Positions 42,950-56,376 of a stretch of DNA of 64,000 bases are shown piece by piece (the first letter of the stretch is position 1; each line of letters begins with the position of its first letter). The notes beneath the pieces are model-generated. The model made no database searches, was not told the DNA's origin, and saw only the letters and a list, made by a program, of their open reading frames with translations. The stretch spans positions 3,100,001 to 3,164,000 of the forward strand of contig OX597831.1 of assembly GCA_951406725.2 (NCBI GenBank). Reading direction: 5' to 3'. Position numbers and translations under genes: made by a program. This stretch comes from Octopus vulgaris. Taxonomy: Eukaryota.

Positions 42950-43489
42950 GTCTGTCTGTCTATCTAGCTGTGTAACTTAAACTAGATGCAAGTTCATCAT
43001 GTTACCCTCTTCATACTCACAAGAATAAAGAAACATTGCCCTGACAATGTTTTCTAGTTCACTGATTGCTGAGCAGTGAGCAAGCACCCCTCACTCCTCT
43101 CCCACAAGAGAGCTTATAGCAAGTAACTATTTAAATCAAGCACAAAGTGGAACTTAGTCGCTGTGGCCATATTGGACTGTACACGATGTATTTGTTGACA
43201 GTTTGATTAATTATTAAATATGTAGTTATGTACAACACAGAATGTATTAGAAAACTTGTGAATAAGCTCAAGGCTTCAAATCATTAGTTTAACTACACTA
43301 AATTTATCATATCTCTCCTGTTTATATGACTGTGTGGTTAAAGAAGTTCACTTCAGATCTACATAGGTAGGGGTTCAATCTTACTGTGTGAATATTGCTG
43401 GCTTGTGGCCTACACTATAGACATGGGCCTTCCAATATTTTATGAGTTTATGAGGTAGATAGAAACTGAAGAAGCCTGTCATATATCAA

Positions 43490-43920
43490 CATCATCATCA
43501 TCATCATCACAATTTAACGTCTATTTTTCCATGCTGGTATGGGTTGGACGGATTGACAGGCGCTGACCAGGTGAAGGGCTGCTTAGGCTCCCTGTCCATT
43601 TTGTCATGGTTTCTATGACTGGATACCCTTCCTGACATCAACCACTTTACAGAGTATACTGAGTGCTCTTACACAGCACTGGCATGGGTGCTTTTTACAT
43701 GGTACCAGCACCTAAGAGCCCACAAGAGATGCTCAGCTGGAGAGGGTTGCAGGAGATGAGCCTGTATGGAAGGGCAACCACATTTTTACGTAGCTTGACG
43801 TATCTTTTCAAGCGCAGCAAAATGCCAAGAGTTTTGGTCCTCTGTCATCCCAGCATCCGTAGATCTTTTCTCACCACTTCATCCCACATTTTCCTGAGTC
43901 TACTCCTTCCACATGTTCTC
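43490..43920 (-). mobile_element. RTE-like LINE 3' end
   Basis: Reverse complement of the 41240-41630 type. Confidence 0.7.
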
Positions 43921-44290
43921 TCTTCAATTAATCGTTGAGAGGATGCTTGTGTTGCCATGGCAGAGGTTTGTGCTCTCTGAGTGCTCTTGTTTAAAATTGG
44001 GCTTAGAGTGAGATTTGGCTGCTGTTTCTAATAGGTCAAGCAACTGCATGAAGAGGCTCTCTCTCTCTCATGGCCGTACTAAAGCCAATATGCGACATGT
44101 CAAGAATTTGTCAAGAATACATTACTGGAAGCCATTGTCCAACCAAACAGATGGAGGTGTCAGGTTAGATACAAATTTATGATTGCTAACCACTAATCTA
44201 TTTCATATTTAGTATAAGTTTGAACATAGTACATATGTAAGTTTCCTTGCTTTACCTAGAACATGGTGGTGATTGATGGTGATGAATGAT

Positions 44291-44357
<67 letters not shown>

Positions 44358-44521
44358 GGTGACAGCAGTCGTAGCAGCTACGACAACAATGATGATGATG
44401 GTGATGGTGGTGGTGGTGGTGGTGGTAGTAGTTGCAGTGGCGGTGGTTGCAGTGGTGGTGGTGGCAGTGGTGGTGCTGGTGATGATAATGATGATGATGA
44501 TGATGATGACAATAACGATGC

Positions 44522-44553
<32 letters not shown>

Positions 44554-44706
44554 ATGATGCCACTGCCGCTGCCGATGATCATTACGGTGATGATGACGAA
44601 GATGATGATGATGATGTTAATGATGATGGTGATGATGATGATGATGATGGTGATGATGACGATGATGGTGATGATGATGGATATCATGTCAGTTTCAATA
44701 TATGGT

Positions 44707-45020
44707 AAATACAGTTCTATATTTAAGAGATGAGGAATTGTGTACATTATTTACATTATGCCCACGGGCATATGGCGTAGTGGCTAAGAGTGTGGGTTAC
44801 TAACCCCAAGATTCTGAGTTCAATTCCAGGCAGTGACTTGAATAATAATAATAATAATAATAATACTAATATTGAAAAATACCTTAGGAATGAGAACTCA
44901 GTTTCGAAATTTCCCCAAGACACCTAAAGAAGGCTGGAGGGTTATATCAGCCGAAACGTTGTGTTAACAACAAACAAGATGAGGACAAATATCCATCAAA
45001 TATAAATAATGTAAATAATG
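44707..45020 (+). mobile_element. Family D tRNA-headed HHR element (copy 2)
   Basis: Short inverted arm 44710-44759, tRNA-like head 44767-44840, HHR 44919-44965. TSD tcaatata(t/g)ggt. Confidence 0.85.
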
Positions 45021-45262
45021 TCAATATAGGGTGTTCCAATTGTTCAATCAATGAAGCTATTTTAATTTAAAAAAAAAAATTTGTTGTTGTTTTGAAGTAT
45101 AAATGACTGAATGTATGATAGACACTACTTGCATGCTTAAATATTATAGTCAGGCAGACTCAGAGTAGTCGTTACATTGACCCTAGTATTTCACTGGTAC
45201 TTCATTTTATTTATCCTCCCCAGTGGGAGATGCTCTAGCTATTCTGCCAGCTAACCACCTTA

Positions 45263-45351
<89 letters not shown>

Positions 45352-45442
45352 CACCACCACCACCACCACCACAACAACAACAACAACAACAACAACAAAC
45401 AACAACAACAATAACAACAACAACAGCAACAGCACAGCACTG

Positions 45443-46441
45443 ACCTTGTCTACAGAATTCATATTTTTTCTGTCCAGATGATTTTGAAGACATATTCGCA
45501 GGACATTGTCCAGATGGAGCAATGTCCTGTGAATATGGTGGATGGGGCATCATTTCCCATTCAAACTGCTCCAGCCTTTGGAATGTCATCCTCGCTGTAT
45601 GTGGCTGAGCATTATCCTGAGGGAAGAACACCTTTTGCTTTGAAACCAAAACTGGTCGTTTTTCTTCTAGTGCTTGACTTAAGCCAGTCAAGCTGCTCAC
45701 AGTAGACCTCCTTTGTTATTGTTTGGTTTGGGTTTAAAAGTTCAAAGTGGACTAAACCTTTCATATCCCATCAAACAGGTAACAACACCTTATGTGGGTG
45801 AAGACCTTCTTTAGCCTAGGGTGCCATTGTTTCGCCTTTTCCTACCCACTGTCTTTGGCGCTTGACATTTTTATAGAGCACCCATTTCTTGTCACCAGTC
45901 ACTATTCAGTCCAAAAAAGGTTCATTTGTGAGACCTGACTGCAAAGAATAGACATTCACTCTCTGCACACAATTAGATTTGGAATGTTTGTGAGGAACCT
46001 ATTGACCCAATTTACTGACTTTTCTGATGACATGTAGATGTTGATGAATGGTGGAATGACCAAATCCAAGCTTCTCTGCTAGTTTCTCAACAGTTATGAT
46101 AGGATTTTGTTCCACCAGAGTTTGCAGGATGTCCTCGTTGAGCTCTACAGATCTTCTAGGATGAGACTTGTCTTCTAGGCTGTAATTTCCGGCTTGGAAT
46201 TATGCTTATTATCCGATCCCCATATACTGCATTAATATTCCTTGCACTTTCCATTGTGTTGTTGCCTTTGTTGAACTCATAAAGAAAAATATGCCAAAGA
46301 TGCTCCTTTGTCACTTACATTATAGCTTTGAAAAAAATAACTGTTAAAATCGAACTGCACTCTTCAAAACTTGCACTAAGAATAAGGTCAAGGTAATATT
46401 ACTACCACTTTTATACTAAGTTGATGCAGGCAGTTTATCCC
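45443..46441 (-). pseudogene. Mariner (DD34D) transposase relic
   Basis: Motifs (W)VPHK, IVTGDKKWVLY, QDNAQPH and PHPPYSQDIAPS, with stops and frameshifts. Confidence 0.9.
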
Positions 46442-46763
46442 AACACAACAATATATATATATATATATTGTTTATCTTTATCTTTTATTAAACTTTTAAT
46501 ACTTTTGATATTAAAAAAAAAATAAAATAAATAAATAAATAAATTAATAAAATAATATATAAATATAAAAATATACATACATACATATATATATATTTGT
46601 ATATATATATAAAATTTATAAGTTTAATTATTTAAATAATTTTTAAGCTTTTGTGTTTTTAAAATTAATTTTATGTATTGGCTTATTTTTTCTGTTTGAT
46701 TTGCCTAATAGTGGTTTTATCTCTAATTTAATATATATATATATATATATATGTATACATACA

Positions 46764-46810
<47 letters not shown>

Positions 46811-46984
46811 AGCTTCCATGGTTTCCATCGACCAAATATTTACCCACAAGGCATTGGTCAATCTGAGGCTGTAGTAGAAGTCAACACTTACCCAAGGTGC
46901 TGTCTGTACAGTGGGAATGACCCTGATGTCACATGGTTGCCAAGCAAGCTTCTCATTTGCGCAGCCCAGGTTAAAACTTTTTGT

Positions 46985-47400
46985 TAGCGATCCTATACCG
47001 AGTGCGATGATCTCTACGAAAGATCTGTTTATGCCTGCAACGACTTGCAGGTATTTGTCAATTGCATTTAAGGCAAGCATCGAGAATATAGATAACTGGC
47101 ACTTTATCAATTACAATTAAGCCTTGATTTGGCAAGAAGTTGGCTTGATCAGCAGTTGGAGATACATAGCAGATACTCATCTTTTTCAAAAGCAAGCAGA
47201 TAATTCGAATATACTGTGGTGAACTGTTCTACTTCATGTAACTAGGATAAAAGCAATTTCTGCCTACAGAGTTGCACATAATGTTTGATGGCTGTGTCTT
47301 TTGCGGAGAGATAAAAACATACTAAAAACAGTTGTTTGCAGCAAGTGTTAGAGAGTTTTTTTATGATAATGAGCCAAACAGCAGATTGAAGTTATTGGGA
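46985..47400 (-). pseudogene. Helitron PIF1-type helicase fragment
   Basis: Remnants SRTVHHSIFEL, LIVIDKV and ALNAIDKYLQVVAGINRSF..IIALG follow the PIF1 motif order (GRTVHS.F, IIIDE, AIDR.L....N.PFGGK..LGGD). Confidence 0.55.
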
Positions 47401-47557
47401 AAATAACCTCAATTGTCACTTCCTACCACTGACGCTTGTTATCTCTTACCACTCCCCTTGCTGTTTGTCTGTTTAGCTGACAGCAGATAAGAACCAAGGT
47501 CAAGACAAGATTATTTCCCTTTGAAAGTGTAACAATTGAACACATGCTGTGAAAAGC

Positions 47558-47618
<61 letters not shown>

Positions 47619-48005
47619 TAATAATGATTTCAAATTTTGGTGGAAGGCCAGTAAATTTGTGGCTGGAGATAATTCAGTTACATCGATCACAGTGCTTAAC
47701 TGGTACTTCATTTATCAAATCCCAAAAGGATGAAAGGCAAAGTCAATCTTGGAGGAACTTGAACTCAGAACATAAAAATGGATGAAATGCTGCTAATCAT
47801 TTTGCCTGATGTGTTAACGATTCTGCCAGCTTGCTGCTTTAGTAATTATGTTTTCTTCATTAACCACATCATGGAGTTTACAAGAAACATTGAGTATGGA
47901 ACAGGACAATACAATGTGTGGTTACATAAAAGGCAGGTAAAAAGTAGAAAACAGTAACAATATAAAATTATAGCAATGAATATATATATATATATATATA
48001 CATAC

Positions 48006-48065
<60 letters not shown>

Positions 48066-48252
48066 GTAAAAAATATACAAACTGGGACAAGAACGTGAAA
48101 CATTTTGAAGATGACACAAAAAAACACGGACGGGACATTCGAAGCCCTCAATTATCAGTCAAGAACCGGATCATCTTCGCAATTTCGGCTGATATATATA
48201 TATATATATATATACATATATACACACACACACACACATATATATGTATATA

Positions 48253-48462
48253 GTTAATCCAAACAAGAAAGCACAAAAAAACACAACGCGAGAACGTGGA
48301 ACAAATATAGTATTATTGGACGCTCAGAAAGAAGGAAAGAAGGAAAGAAGGAGGGTTTAACGTTTTGAGCGGAGCTCTTCGTCGGAAACATAGGAGAAGG
48401 AAAGATCCAGAGAAGGGAAGACAGAGGAAATAAAAATCGCCAACGGTACACACGAGGTCACA
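48253..48462 (-). mobile_element. (TA)n-inserted family E-related element with HHR-like motif 48355-48389
   Basis: Minus strand reads gttt CCGACGA A gagc tcc gctc AAAAC GT T aaac (G12 mutated). Confidence 0.6.
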
Positions 48463-48465
48463 TAT

Positions 48466-48708
48466 ATATACTTCATTAAAAAGCAGCAAAAATATCACAA
48501 AAACTGTTACTCAGAGTTTCACGTTCTCATTCGTCGGATAGTTTTGCTTAGATTCTAAACAAAACTGTCCGATGAATGAGAACGTGAAACTCTGAGTAAC
48601 AGTTTTTGTGATATTTTTGCTGCTTTTTAATAAAGTATATTACTCTACCTCTGGTATTCGAGTATTCTTTTTTCCACCTTGTTTCACATTTATGTGCTTA
48701 CTTTGGTA
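48466..48708. mobile_element. Foldback HHR element: arms 48466-48546 and 48560-48640, plus a ~68-nt tail on one arm
   Basis: Near-perfect inverted repeat flanked by (TA)n. Confidence 0.85.
48561..48606 (+). ncRNA. Type I hammerhead ribozyme, U4C core variant (mirror copy on - at 48500-48545)
   Basis: aaaactgt CCGATGA atg agaa cgt GAAA CTC T GA GTA acagtttt. 8-bp stem I and GUA triplet. Confidence 0.7.
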
Positions 48709-48741
48709 TATATATTTATATGTATATGTGTATGTATGTAT

Positions 48742-49074
<333 letters not shown>

Positions 49075-49101
49075 CATGCATATATATGTGTATGAGTGTA
49101 T

Positions 49102-49160
<59 letters not shown>

Positions 49161-49466
49161 CGTGTGCATGCCTGTGTTTGTGGTACACAGCCATAGATTT
49201 CAGAAGAGAGCACAGTTTAATTGAGTTGATTGCAGTCATTAAGCAAGATGAAAGGCAAAGCCATAAAAATTGTAAAAGGATATAACTGAATACCACCAAC
49301 CATTTTGTCCGATGCCCTAATCATTCTGCCATTCCACTCTTTTCCCATCCTTACTCTCTCCCTCTTCCCTCTCTCTGACCATCCTTTCCTCCTTCTCTCA
49401 CTCTCTTCTCCCTCTCTCTCTATATATATAATACATACAATAATTATATACATACATTTATATATA

Positions 49467-50640
49467 TTGGGTCATCTCATAAATAATGTGTTCTTGTTTT
49501 ATACTTCTTTTATTTTTCAAAATTAAGATAAACAAAGTTCTTTTTTAATCTAAAATATACTCTCCTTCATTTTCTACAATACTCTTCCATATATCTCATA
49601 GACTTGCAAGGCCCCTCTTCCAAAATTCACTTCTCTGTGAAGAAAAATACTCCTCCAGTACTATTCTGACCTCGTCTGCAGAATTCATATTTTTTCTGTC
49701 CAAATGATTTTGAAGACTGTGGAATAAATGATAATCAGATGGGGCAATGCATGGTGAATAAAGTGGATGGGGCATCATTTCCTGTTCAAACTGCTCCAGC
49801 GTTTGGAATGTTATCCTTGTTGTATGTGGCCGAGCATTATCCTGATGGAAGAACACCTTTCACCTTGAAACCAAGGATGGTCGTTTTCCTTCTAGTGCTG
49901 ACTTGAATGACTGGTTGAATGACAAAATCCAAGCTTCTATGCTAGTTCCTCAACTGTTACAATGGGATTTTGTTTCACCAGGGTATGTAGGATGTCCTCA
50001 TCAAGCTCTACATGTCTTCCAGGATGAAGCTCATCTTCTAGGCTGTAGTTTTCGGCTCAGAATTTCAAGAACCACTGTTGACACTGGTTTATGCTTATTG
50101 TTTAATCCCCATGCACTTTCCATTGCATTGTTGCCTTTATTGAACTCACAAAGCAAAATATATTGAATATTCTCTTTTGTCACTTCCATTATAACCTTGA
50201 CAAAATAACTGTTAGAATTGAATTGCACTCTTCAAAACTTGCACTAAGAATAAGTAGCCTTTAAATTCTGTAAATTCTTTAAAAACTGTTTCTGCTTCAA
50301 AGCTGTGGTGATGCATTGGTGTCACTTTAACATTATGGATAATGTCCATACTGTTTGTGAAACAGAGATCCCATATATTATTTGCCCTGATTGGTTGTAG
50401 CACAATTTGCTCCATAAAAAAAAAAACATTGCTAAGGTGGAGCAAGGACTCTGCTTGTGCTTGATGGTGGTGTGTCATTCCTGGGAGAATCTAGCCCCCG
50501 GGCTATCCCATATTGGGGAAGTTAGAATGGTAAAATTACTACCTGCTTTTATAGCAAATTGATGCAAGTAGTTTATCCTGTCTCCTTCTGACTTTTAGTT
50601 CATGCAATTGGTAAAACACGCTATTTATGGGATGACCTTT
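49467..50640 (-). mobile_element. Mariner element with both TIRs, an internal deletion and a foreign insert
   Basis: TIRs ttgggtcatctcataaataatgtg and cacgctatttatgggatgacc. Encodes HQDNARPH...YSPCIAPSDYHLF. Same family as the 45443 copy. Confidence 0.9.
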
Positions 50641-50657
50641 ATATATATATATATATA

Positions 50658-51041
50658 CTAGCAGTATCGCCCGGCGTTGCTCAGGTTTGTAAGGGAAATA
50701 ACTATAAAGCATTTTTAGAGAGTTATAGCCAAAAAATAGCAAAAAAATGGGAAAAAAATGATGGTAAATTTTTTTTGAGAGTTAAAAAAGGTGGAGTTGC
50801 GTCCCCTAGACGGTCTGTGGTTTGGGTTTCTGATTCTCGACCCCATGTCGAAGTTATCGATTTTTTTCAGAACTGGGGGAACTTTTCAAAATTTTCGCTG
50901 CGTTAGTTTTGAATTATGACATTGGGCTATGTGTGTGTCAAGTTTCATCAGAATCGGTTGAAAGCCGTGGTCAGAGTGAGGGTACGAGAAAACAGACACA
51001 CAGAAAATGCACAGACAAACTGCCGTTTATATATAGAGAGA
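50658..51041 (-). mobile_element. Non-autonomous Helitron
   Basis: Minus strand begins TC (after A) and ends with a GC-rich hairpin (cctgagcaacgccggg), then CTAG followed by T. Confidence 0.8.
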
Positions 51042-51420
51042 TATATAATTATAATTATGATATATTAGTAGGAATGCAATTAAGTGAAAAAGAGGAGCAT
51101 TCAATTCTTGAAGTGCTGAAATTCTTCAAGGGCTCAGTTAATTATATCATCCCCCGTACTTCTATTCCCTTCCTGTATTTATTTCATTAATCACTGTTTG
51201 TTGGATGGTTAAGTTAATGAGATATAAAATGGCACTAATATACATTAATAACCTAGGCCAATTTTAAGGCAGTAAACAGAAGCACAAACATAGACATTGA
51301 AGCAGACAAACACACACACACATATTCATACACACACACACACACGTGTGTATGTCTTTGTACATACAGTTGATCAAACATTAAATGGAGAAGTATGCAA
51401 TATACTTTTCCATTCAATGG

Positions 51421-52346
51421 AAGGCGGCGAGCTGGTAGAAACATTAGCACGCCGGGCGAAATGCTTAGCGGTATTTCATCTGCCGTTACGTTCAGAGTTC
51501 AAATTCTGCCGAGGTCAACTTTGCCTTTCATCCTTTCGGGGTCGATAAATTAAGTACCAGTTACGCATTGGGGTCGATGTAATCGACTTAATACCTATGT
51601 CTGTCCTTGTTTGTCCCCTCTGTATTTAGCCCCTTGTGGGTAATAAAGAAATAGGTATTTCATCTGCCGCTATGTTCTGAGTTCAAATTCTGCCAAGGTC
51701 GACTTTGCCTTTCATCCTTTCAGGGTCGATAAATTAAGTACCAGTTACGCATTGGGGTCGATGTAATCGTAATTGTCTGTCCTTGTTTGTCCCCTCTATG
51801 TTTAGCCCCTTGTTGGCAATAAAGAAATAGGTATTTCATCTGCCGTTACATTCTGAGTTCAAATTCTGCCAAGGTCGACTTTGCCTTTCATCCTTTCGGG
51901 GTTGATAAATTAAGTACCAGTTACGCACTGGGGTCGATGTAATTGTTCTTGTTTGTCCCCTCTATGTTTAGCCCCTTGTTGGCAATAAAGAAATAGGTAT
52001 TTCATCTGCCGTTACATTCTGAGTTCAAATTCTGTCGAGGTCGACTTTGCCTTTCATCCTTTCGGGGTTGATAAATTAAGTACCAGTTACGCACTGGGGT
52101 CGATGTAATTGTTCTTGTTTGTCCCCTCTTTGTTTAGCCCCTTGTGGGCAATAAAGAAATAGGTATTTCATCTGCTGTTAAATTCTGAATTCAAATTCCG
52201 TCGAGGTCGACTTTGCCTTTCATCCTTTTGGGGTTGATAAATTAAGTACTAGTTACGCACTTGTGTCGATGTAATCGACTTAATCCCTTTGCCTGTCCTT
52301 GTTTGTCCCCTCTATGTTTAGCCCCTTGTTGGCAATAAAGAAATAG
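51421..52346 (+). mobile_element. Group B SINE pentamer: one head plus 5 tandem bodies
   Basis: Units start gtatttcatctgc at 51471, 51655, 51831, 51997 and 52163. Confidence 0.95.
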
Positions 52347-52479
52347 GAAAAGTATGCAATATATATGTGAAGAGTGCAAGATTTTATCTATTGCCTCCAT
52401 CAGATATTTTTTACATATGTATGTATGTACGTATGTATCAATATGTATGTATGCTTTTTCTTTGAGTTTTATTTAAGTT

Positions 52480-52830
52480 CTTCATGAGTGAGTTCAAGCC
52501 GGTCGCTAACAAAGTGACAAGACTTTATTGAGTTAAGAGAGTCCCCGGTATTTGTATATTTGATCTGTCAATGCATGCACCCAAGTATGTGCATCTATTC
52601 ACTTAAAAATCGCAGAAGGAGATTTTTTGGAATGTCTTATAAATCTTCACAGTGCCACTAATAAATTGGATTTGGAGAATCTGTGTCAGTTTCTTTTGCG
52701 CTTTCTCCTTGAAACCAAGTATTTCCAGGTATTTGTGCAAATTTGTTGGTACATAACCTAAAGCACCTATGGTGGTGGGTACAAATGAGAATTCACAGGC
52801 AGGGTACAAGAGCTGTAAGTTCCGCTTTAA
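52480..52830 (-). pseudogene. R4/Dong-like LINE 3' end (RLE endonuclease C-terminus)
   Basis: YPACEFSFVPTTIGALGYV...LQIQFISGTVKIYKTF resembles the VP...GALG and GT.KI RLE tail. Confidence 0.65.
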
Positions 52831-52908
52831 GTCACCATAAATTCTCTTTTGTATTAATTTGCCATGTATGTATGCATGTATATGTATGTGTGTGCGTGTA
52901 TGTATGGA

Positions 52909-52944
<36 letters not shown>

Positions 52945-53276
52945 TCTGTGTGTGTGTGTGTGTGTATATGCACATATGTATTATCATCATCATCATTTAA
53001 CATCTGCTTTCCCTGCTGGCATGGGTTGGACAGTTTAACAAGAGCCGGCTAGGCAGAAGACTGCACCATGTTTCGCTATCTGTTTTGGCATGGTTTTTTT
53101 ATGGCTGGATGTCCTTCCTAACACTAACCACTGCACAGAGTGGACTAGGTGCTTTTTACATGGTACCAGCACAAGCAAGGTTAGTTTTGGCATAGCTTTT
53201 TTATGGCTTGATGCCCTTCCAAATGCCAACCACTTTACAGTGTGGACTGGATGCTTTTTACATGTGTGTATGTATG

Positions 53277-53310
<34 letters not shown>

Positions 53311-53328
53311 TGTATGTATATATGTATA

Positions 53329-53665
53329 GGTGAAGGTGCATGACTCAATAGTTAGAGCGTCGAGCTTACGATCGTGAGGTTGTGAGTTTGAATCCCGGAC
53401 CAGGCTGTGTGTGGTGTTCTTGAGCAAGACACTTTATTTTACGTTGCTCCAGTTCACTCCGCTGTAGAAATGAGTTGTGATGTCACTGGTGCCAAGCTGT
53501 ATTGGCCTTTGCCTTTCCCTTGGATAACATCGGTAGTGTGGAGAGGGGAGACTGGTATGCATGAGCGACTGCTGGTCTTCCATAAACAACCTTGCCCGGA
53601 CTTGTGCCTGGGAGGGTAGCTTTCTAGGTGCAATCTCATGGTCAGTCATGACCAAAGAAGGTTTC
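53329..53665 (+). mobile_element. SINE group C (alternative tail)
   Basis: Shared tRNA-like head with a distinct 3' module. Confidence 0.8.
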
Positions 53666-53774
53666 AGCATGTATATATGCATGCATGTATGCATGTATAC
53701 ACGCATGTATATATGTATGTATGCATGCATGTATATGTAGGTGTAAAGATGTAGATATTCATATATCTAATAAC

Positions 53775-54094
53775 TGGCATTCCATTGGTTATGATGACGA
53801 GGGTTCGAGTTGATCCGATCAATGGAACAACCTGCTCATGAAATTAACATGCAAGTGGCATTACAGACACCTGTACACTTAATGTAGTTCTCAGGGAGAC
53901 ACAGTGTATGACACAGAATGTGACAAGGCTGGCCTCTTTGAATTACGGGTCCAACTCATTTTTGCCAGCTGAGTGTACTGGAGCAATGTGAAATAAAGTG
54001 TCTTGCTCAAGGACACAATGCACAGATGGGAATTGAACTCACAGCCTTACAATCATGAGTCAAATGTTCTAACCACTAAGCTATGCACCTTCAC
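53775..54094 (-). mobile_element. SINE group C
   Basis: Reverse complement of the 39657-39981 type. Confidence 0.8.
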
Positions 54095-54388
54095 ATTTTT
54101 ATCTATATGCACATATAGATACAAACATCCATCCATCCATCCATCCATCCGTCCGTCCGTCCGTCCGTCCGTCCGTCCGTCCATCCATCCATCCATCCAT
54201 CCATCCATCCATCCACCCATCCATCCATCCATCCATCCGTTCGTCCGTCCGTCCGTCCATCCGTCCGTCCGTCCGTCCATCCATCTGTCCATCCATCCAT
54301 CCATCCATCCATCCATCCATCCATCCATCCCTCTATTATCATGTAAATCTATATCATTGTCATCTTCATCATCACCATCAGTGTTTAA

Positions 54389-54609
54389 CCCTTTCGTTAC
54401 CAACCCGGCTGAAACCGGCTCTGGCTCTGTAGTACAAATATCTTGTTTTCATAAGTTTTGAATTAAAATCTTCCACCAAACCTTAGTCACAATTTATGTT
54501 CCTAACACTAGCTTAATGATAACTAAGTTATTTTACTAAATTTTTTGTTATATTTAAAGTAATTGAAAGAAACACAGAGCATCTCAAAATAAATACAGTA
54601 ACGAAAGGG
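54389..54609. mobile_element. piggyBac-type MITE
   Basis: TTAA|CCCTTTCGTTAC ... GTAACGAAAGGG|TTAA. Confidence 0.9.
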
Positions 54610-56084
54610 TTAAATGCCTATTTTTTCCATGCTTGCGTAGGTCAAAAAGAATTCATAGAGGCAAACTGAGAGGCAGGCAGATGGACAGACAAACAGACAA
54701 ACATATTGACAGACACAGATTGATAAATAGATTTTGAACAAGTATTATCCAAAGGAACGCAATATCACAAACGGAATAGGGATACTTGGCATTTGTCATC
54801 TGACAAAATGACGAGTTGTTACTACTGTTTCTATCTATTTATAATGAACGATCATAAATCCAAAATTAGAAATTTGGGGAGAGGAATTTAGTCATTTTAA
54901 TTGCTCCGATAATTAATTGGTACTTGAAGAACTCACTCTAGAAGGATAAAAGGCAGCATCACTCCTGGCAGTATTTGAACCCAGAAAAGATTCCAACAAA
55001 GAACTATAACCAAAGACCATGAAGTAATTTGTCCAGCACTTAACTGCTTCTGTTTCTGTCCCCACCACACACACACCTTCCGTTGCAGCAACAACATCGC
55101 ATGTGCAAAACATGTAGCTACTAATTGGAAATAGAATAAAAATGTATTGTTATCGTCATAGATTATATTGGAAAAAGTCCATTAGACTGTCATTTAAATA
55201 GTGAAATAATTTAAGTTCTGAAACACGAGTGTATATTTTAGTATTAATTTAATAATTATATATTTAAAGTTCTGATGTCCCCTGCTTCTTCCTCTCCCTC
55301 ACACATCTAGACTCTCTTAATGCGTGCATCTATCGTTCCCCACTCTCGGCATCTCCCCTGTCCCCGCTTTCTGCCATTACATTTTCTCTCTCTATCACCT
55401 GCTCCCAGCAGACGCCATACCAAATATCAATCACTTTGTCCACTCTTTCATCTTCAGAACAGAACTCCTGTGGGACCCTTGTTTCCGACCTACCCCCAGC
55501 ATCGTTCTCTCACCTTCAGCCAAACTATAATAATCTAAACATTAAAGGAGAAATAACTAGAGTATGATAGACCTACTGATGGACTGTGTCTGTAAAACAA
55601 ATAGTTATTAAAACACAAAAGGGCCAGACTGAACCATCAAAATTTCACCTCCTTTGCACAGTACAAATTTTATTTCTAAATTCATTTCTAAATTTATGAA
55701 TTTTATGAACTAACCATTAACCATATTAAATTCACCCACTTTAGCTTGTAATTTCGTAATGACCTGAAAAAAAAGCATTGTCCCAGTGCCACAAACTATT
55801 TAATAAGTAGATGAATAGATAAAGACCTAAATTAACCTGTACATCACAGTACTTGAAGCTCTGGTTTCTATTTGAATTGTTTCACATTTTGGGGAAGATC
55901 AAACATTACAGTTGGCCCACTTTTGGTTCGTTTCAGAGAAGAGAGAAGGCTATCACGTCCATAAGGTACTGGACAACTTGCTAATCGGTGATTAGTGTCT
56001 ATTGTGCTACAAGTACTCTGACCTATCAACAGACAAACTATTGATAGGTCAGAGACTTTTATTGTCATGTATGCAGTATATATG

Positions 56085-56376
56085 GTGGAGGCGCATGGCC
56101 TAGTGGTTAGAGCAGCGGACTCACGGTCGAGGGATCGTGGGTTCGAATCTCAGACTAGGCGATGTGTGTGTTTATGAGCGAAACACCTAAGCTCCACGCA
56201 GCTCTGGCAGTAGGTAATGGTGAACTTCTGCTGACTCTTTCACCACAACTTTCTCTCACTCTTTCCTCCTGCATCTGCGATGGACCGATGTCCTGTCCAG
56301 GTGGGGAACCTATACGCCAAGGAAACTGGGAAACCGGCCCTTATGAGCCAGGTGTGGCTCGAGAAGGAACAAACAA
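56085..56376 (+). mobile_element. SINE group C with 14-bp TSD
   Basis: TSD atgcagtatatatg on both sides. Confidence 0.9.

Noticed and set aside
47040-47110. GPCR TM3/DRY-like SIFSMLALNAIDKYL
   Set aside because: The spacing is off, and flanking remnants fit a PIF1/Helitron helicase better.
48165-48192. Possible HHR half (atcagccGAAAttgcg on -)
   Set aside because: It is truncated by (TA)n, with no core 5' half or clear NUH triplet.
51471-52346. Ribozyme inside the tandem SINE units
   Set aside because: No CUGANGA/GAAA arrangement was found on either strand.
55430-55534. Minus-strand terminal exon candidate (DYYSLAEGERTMLGVGRKQ...)
   Set aside because: The acceptor is plausible, but no partner exon or homology was found.
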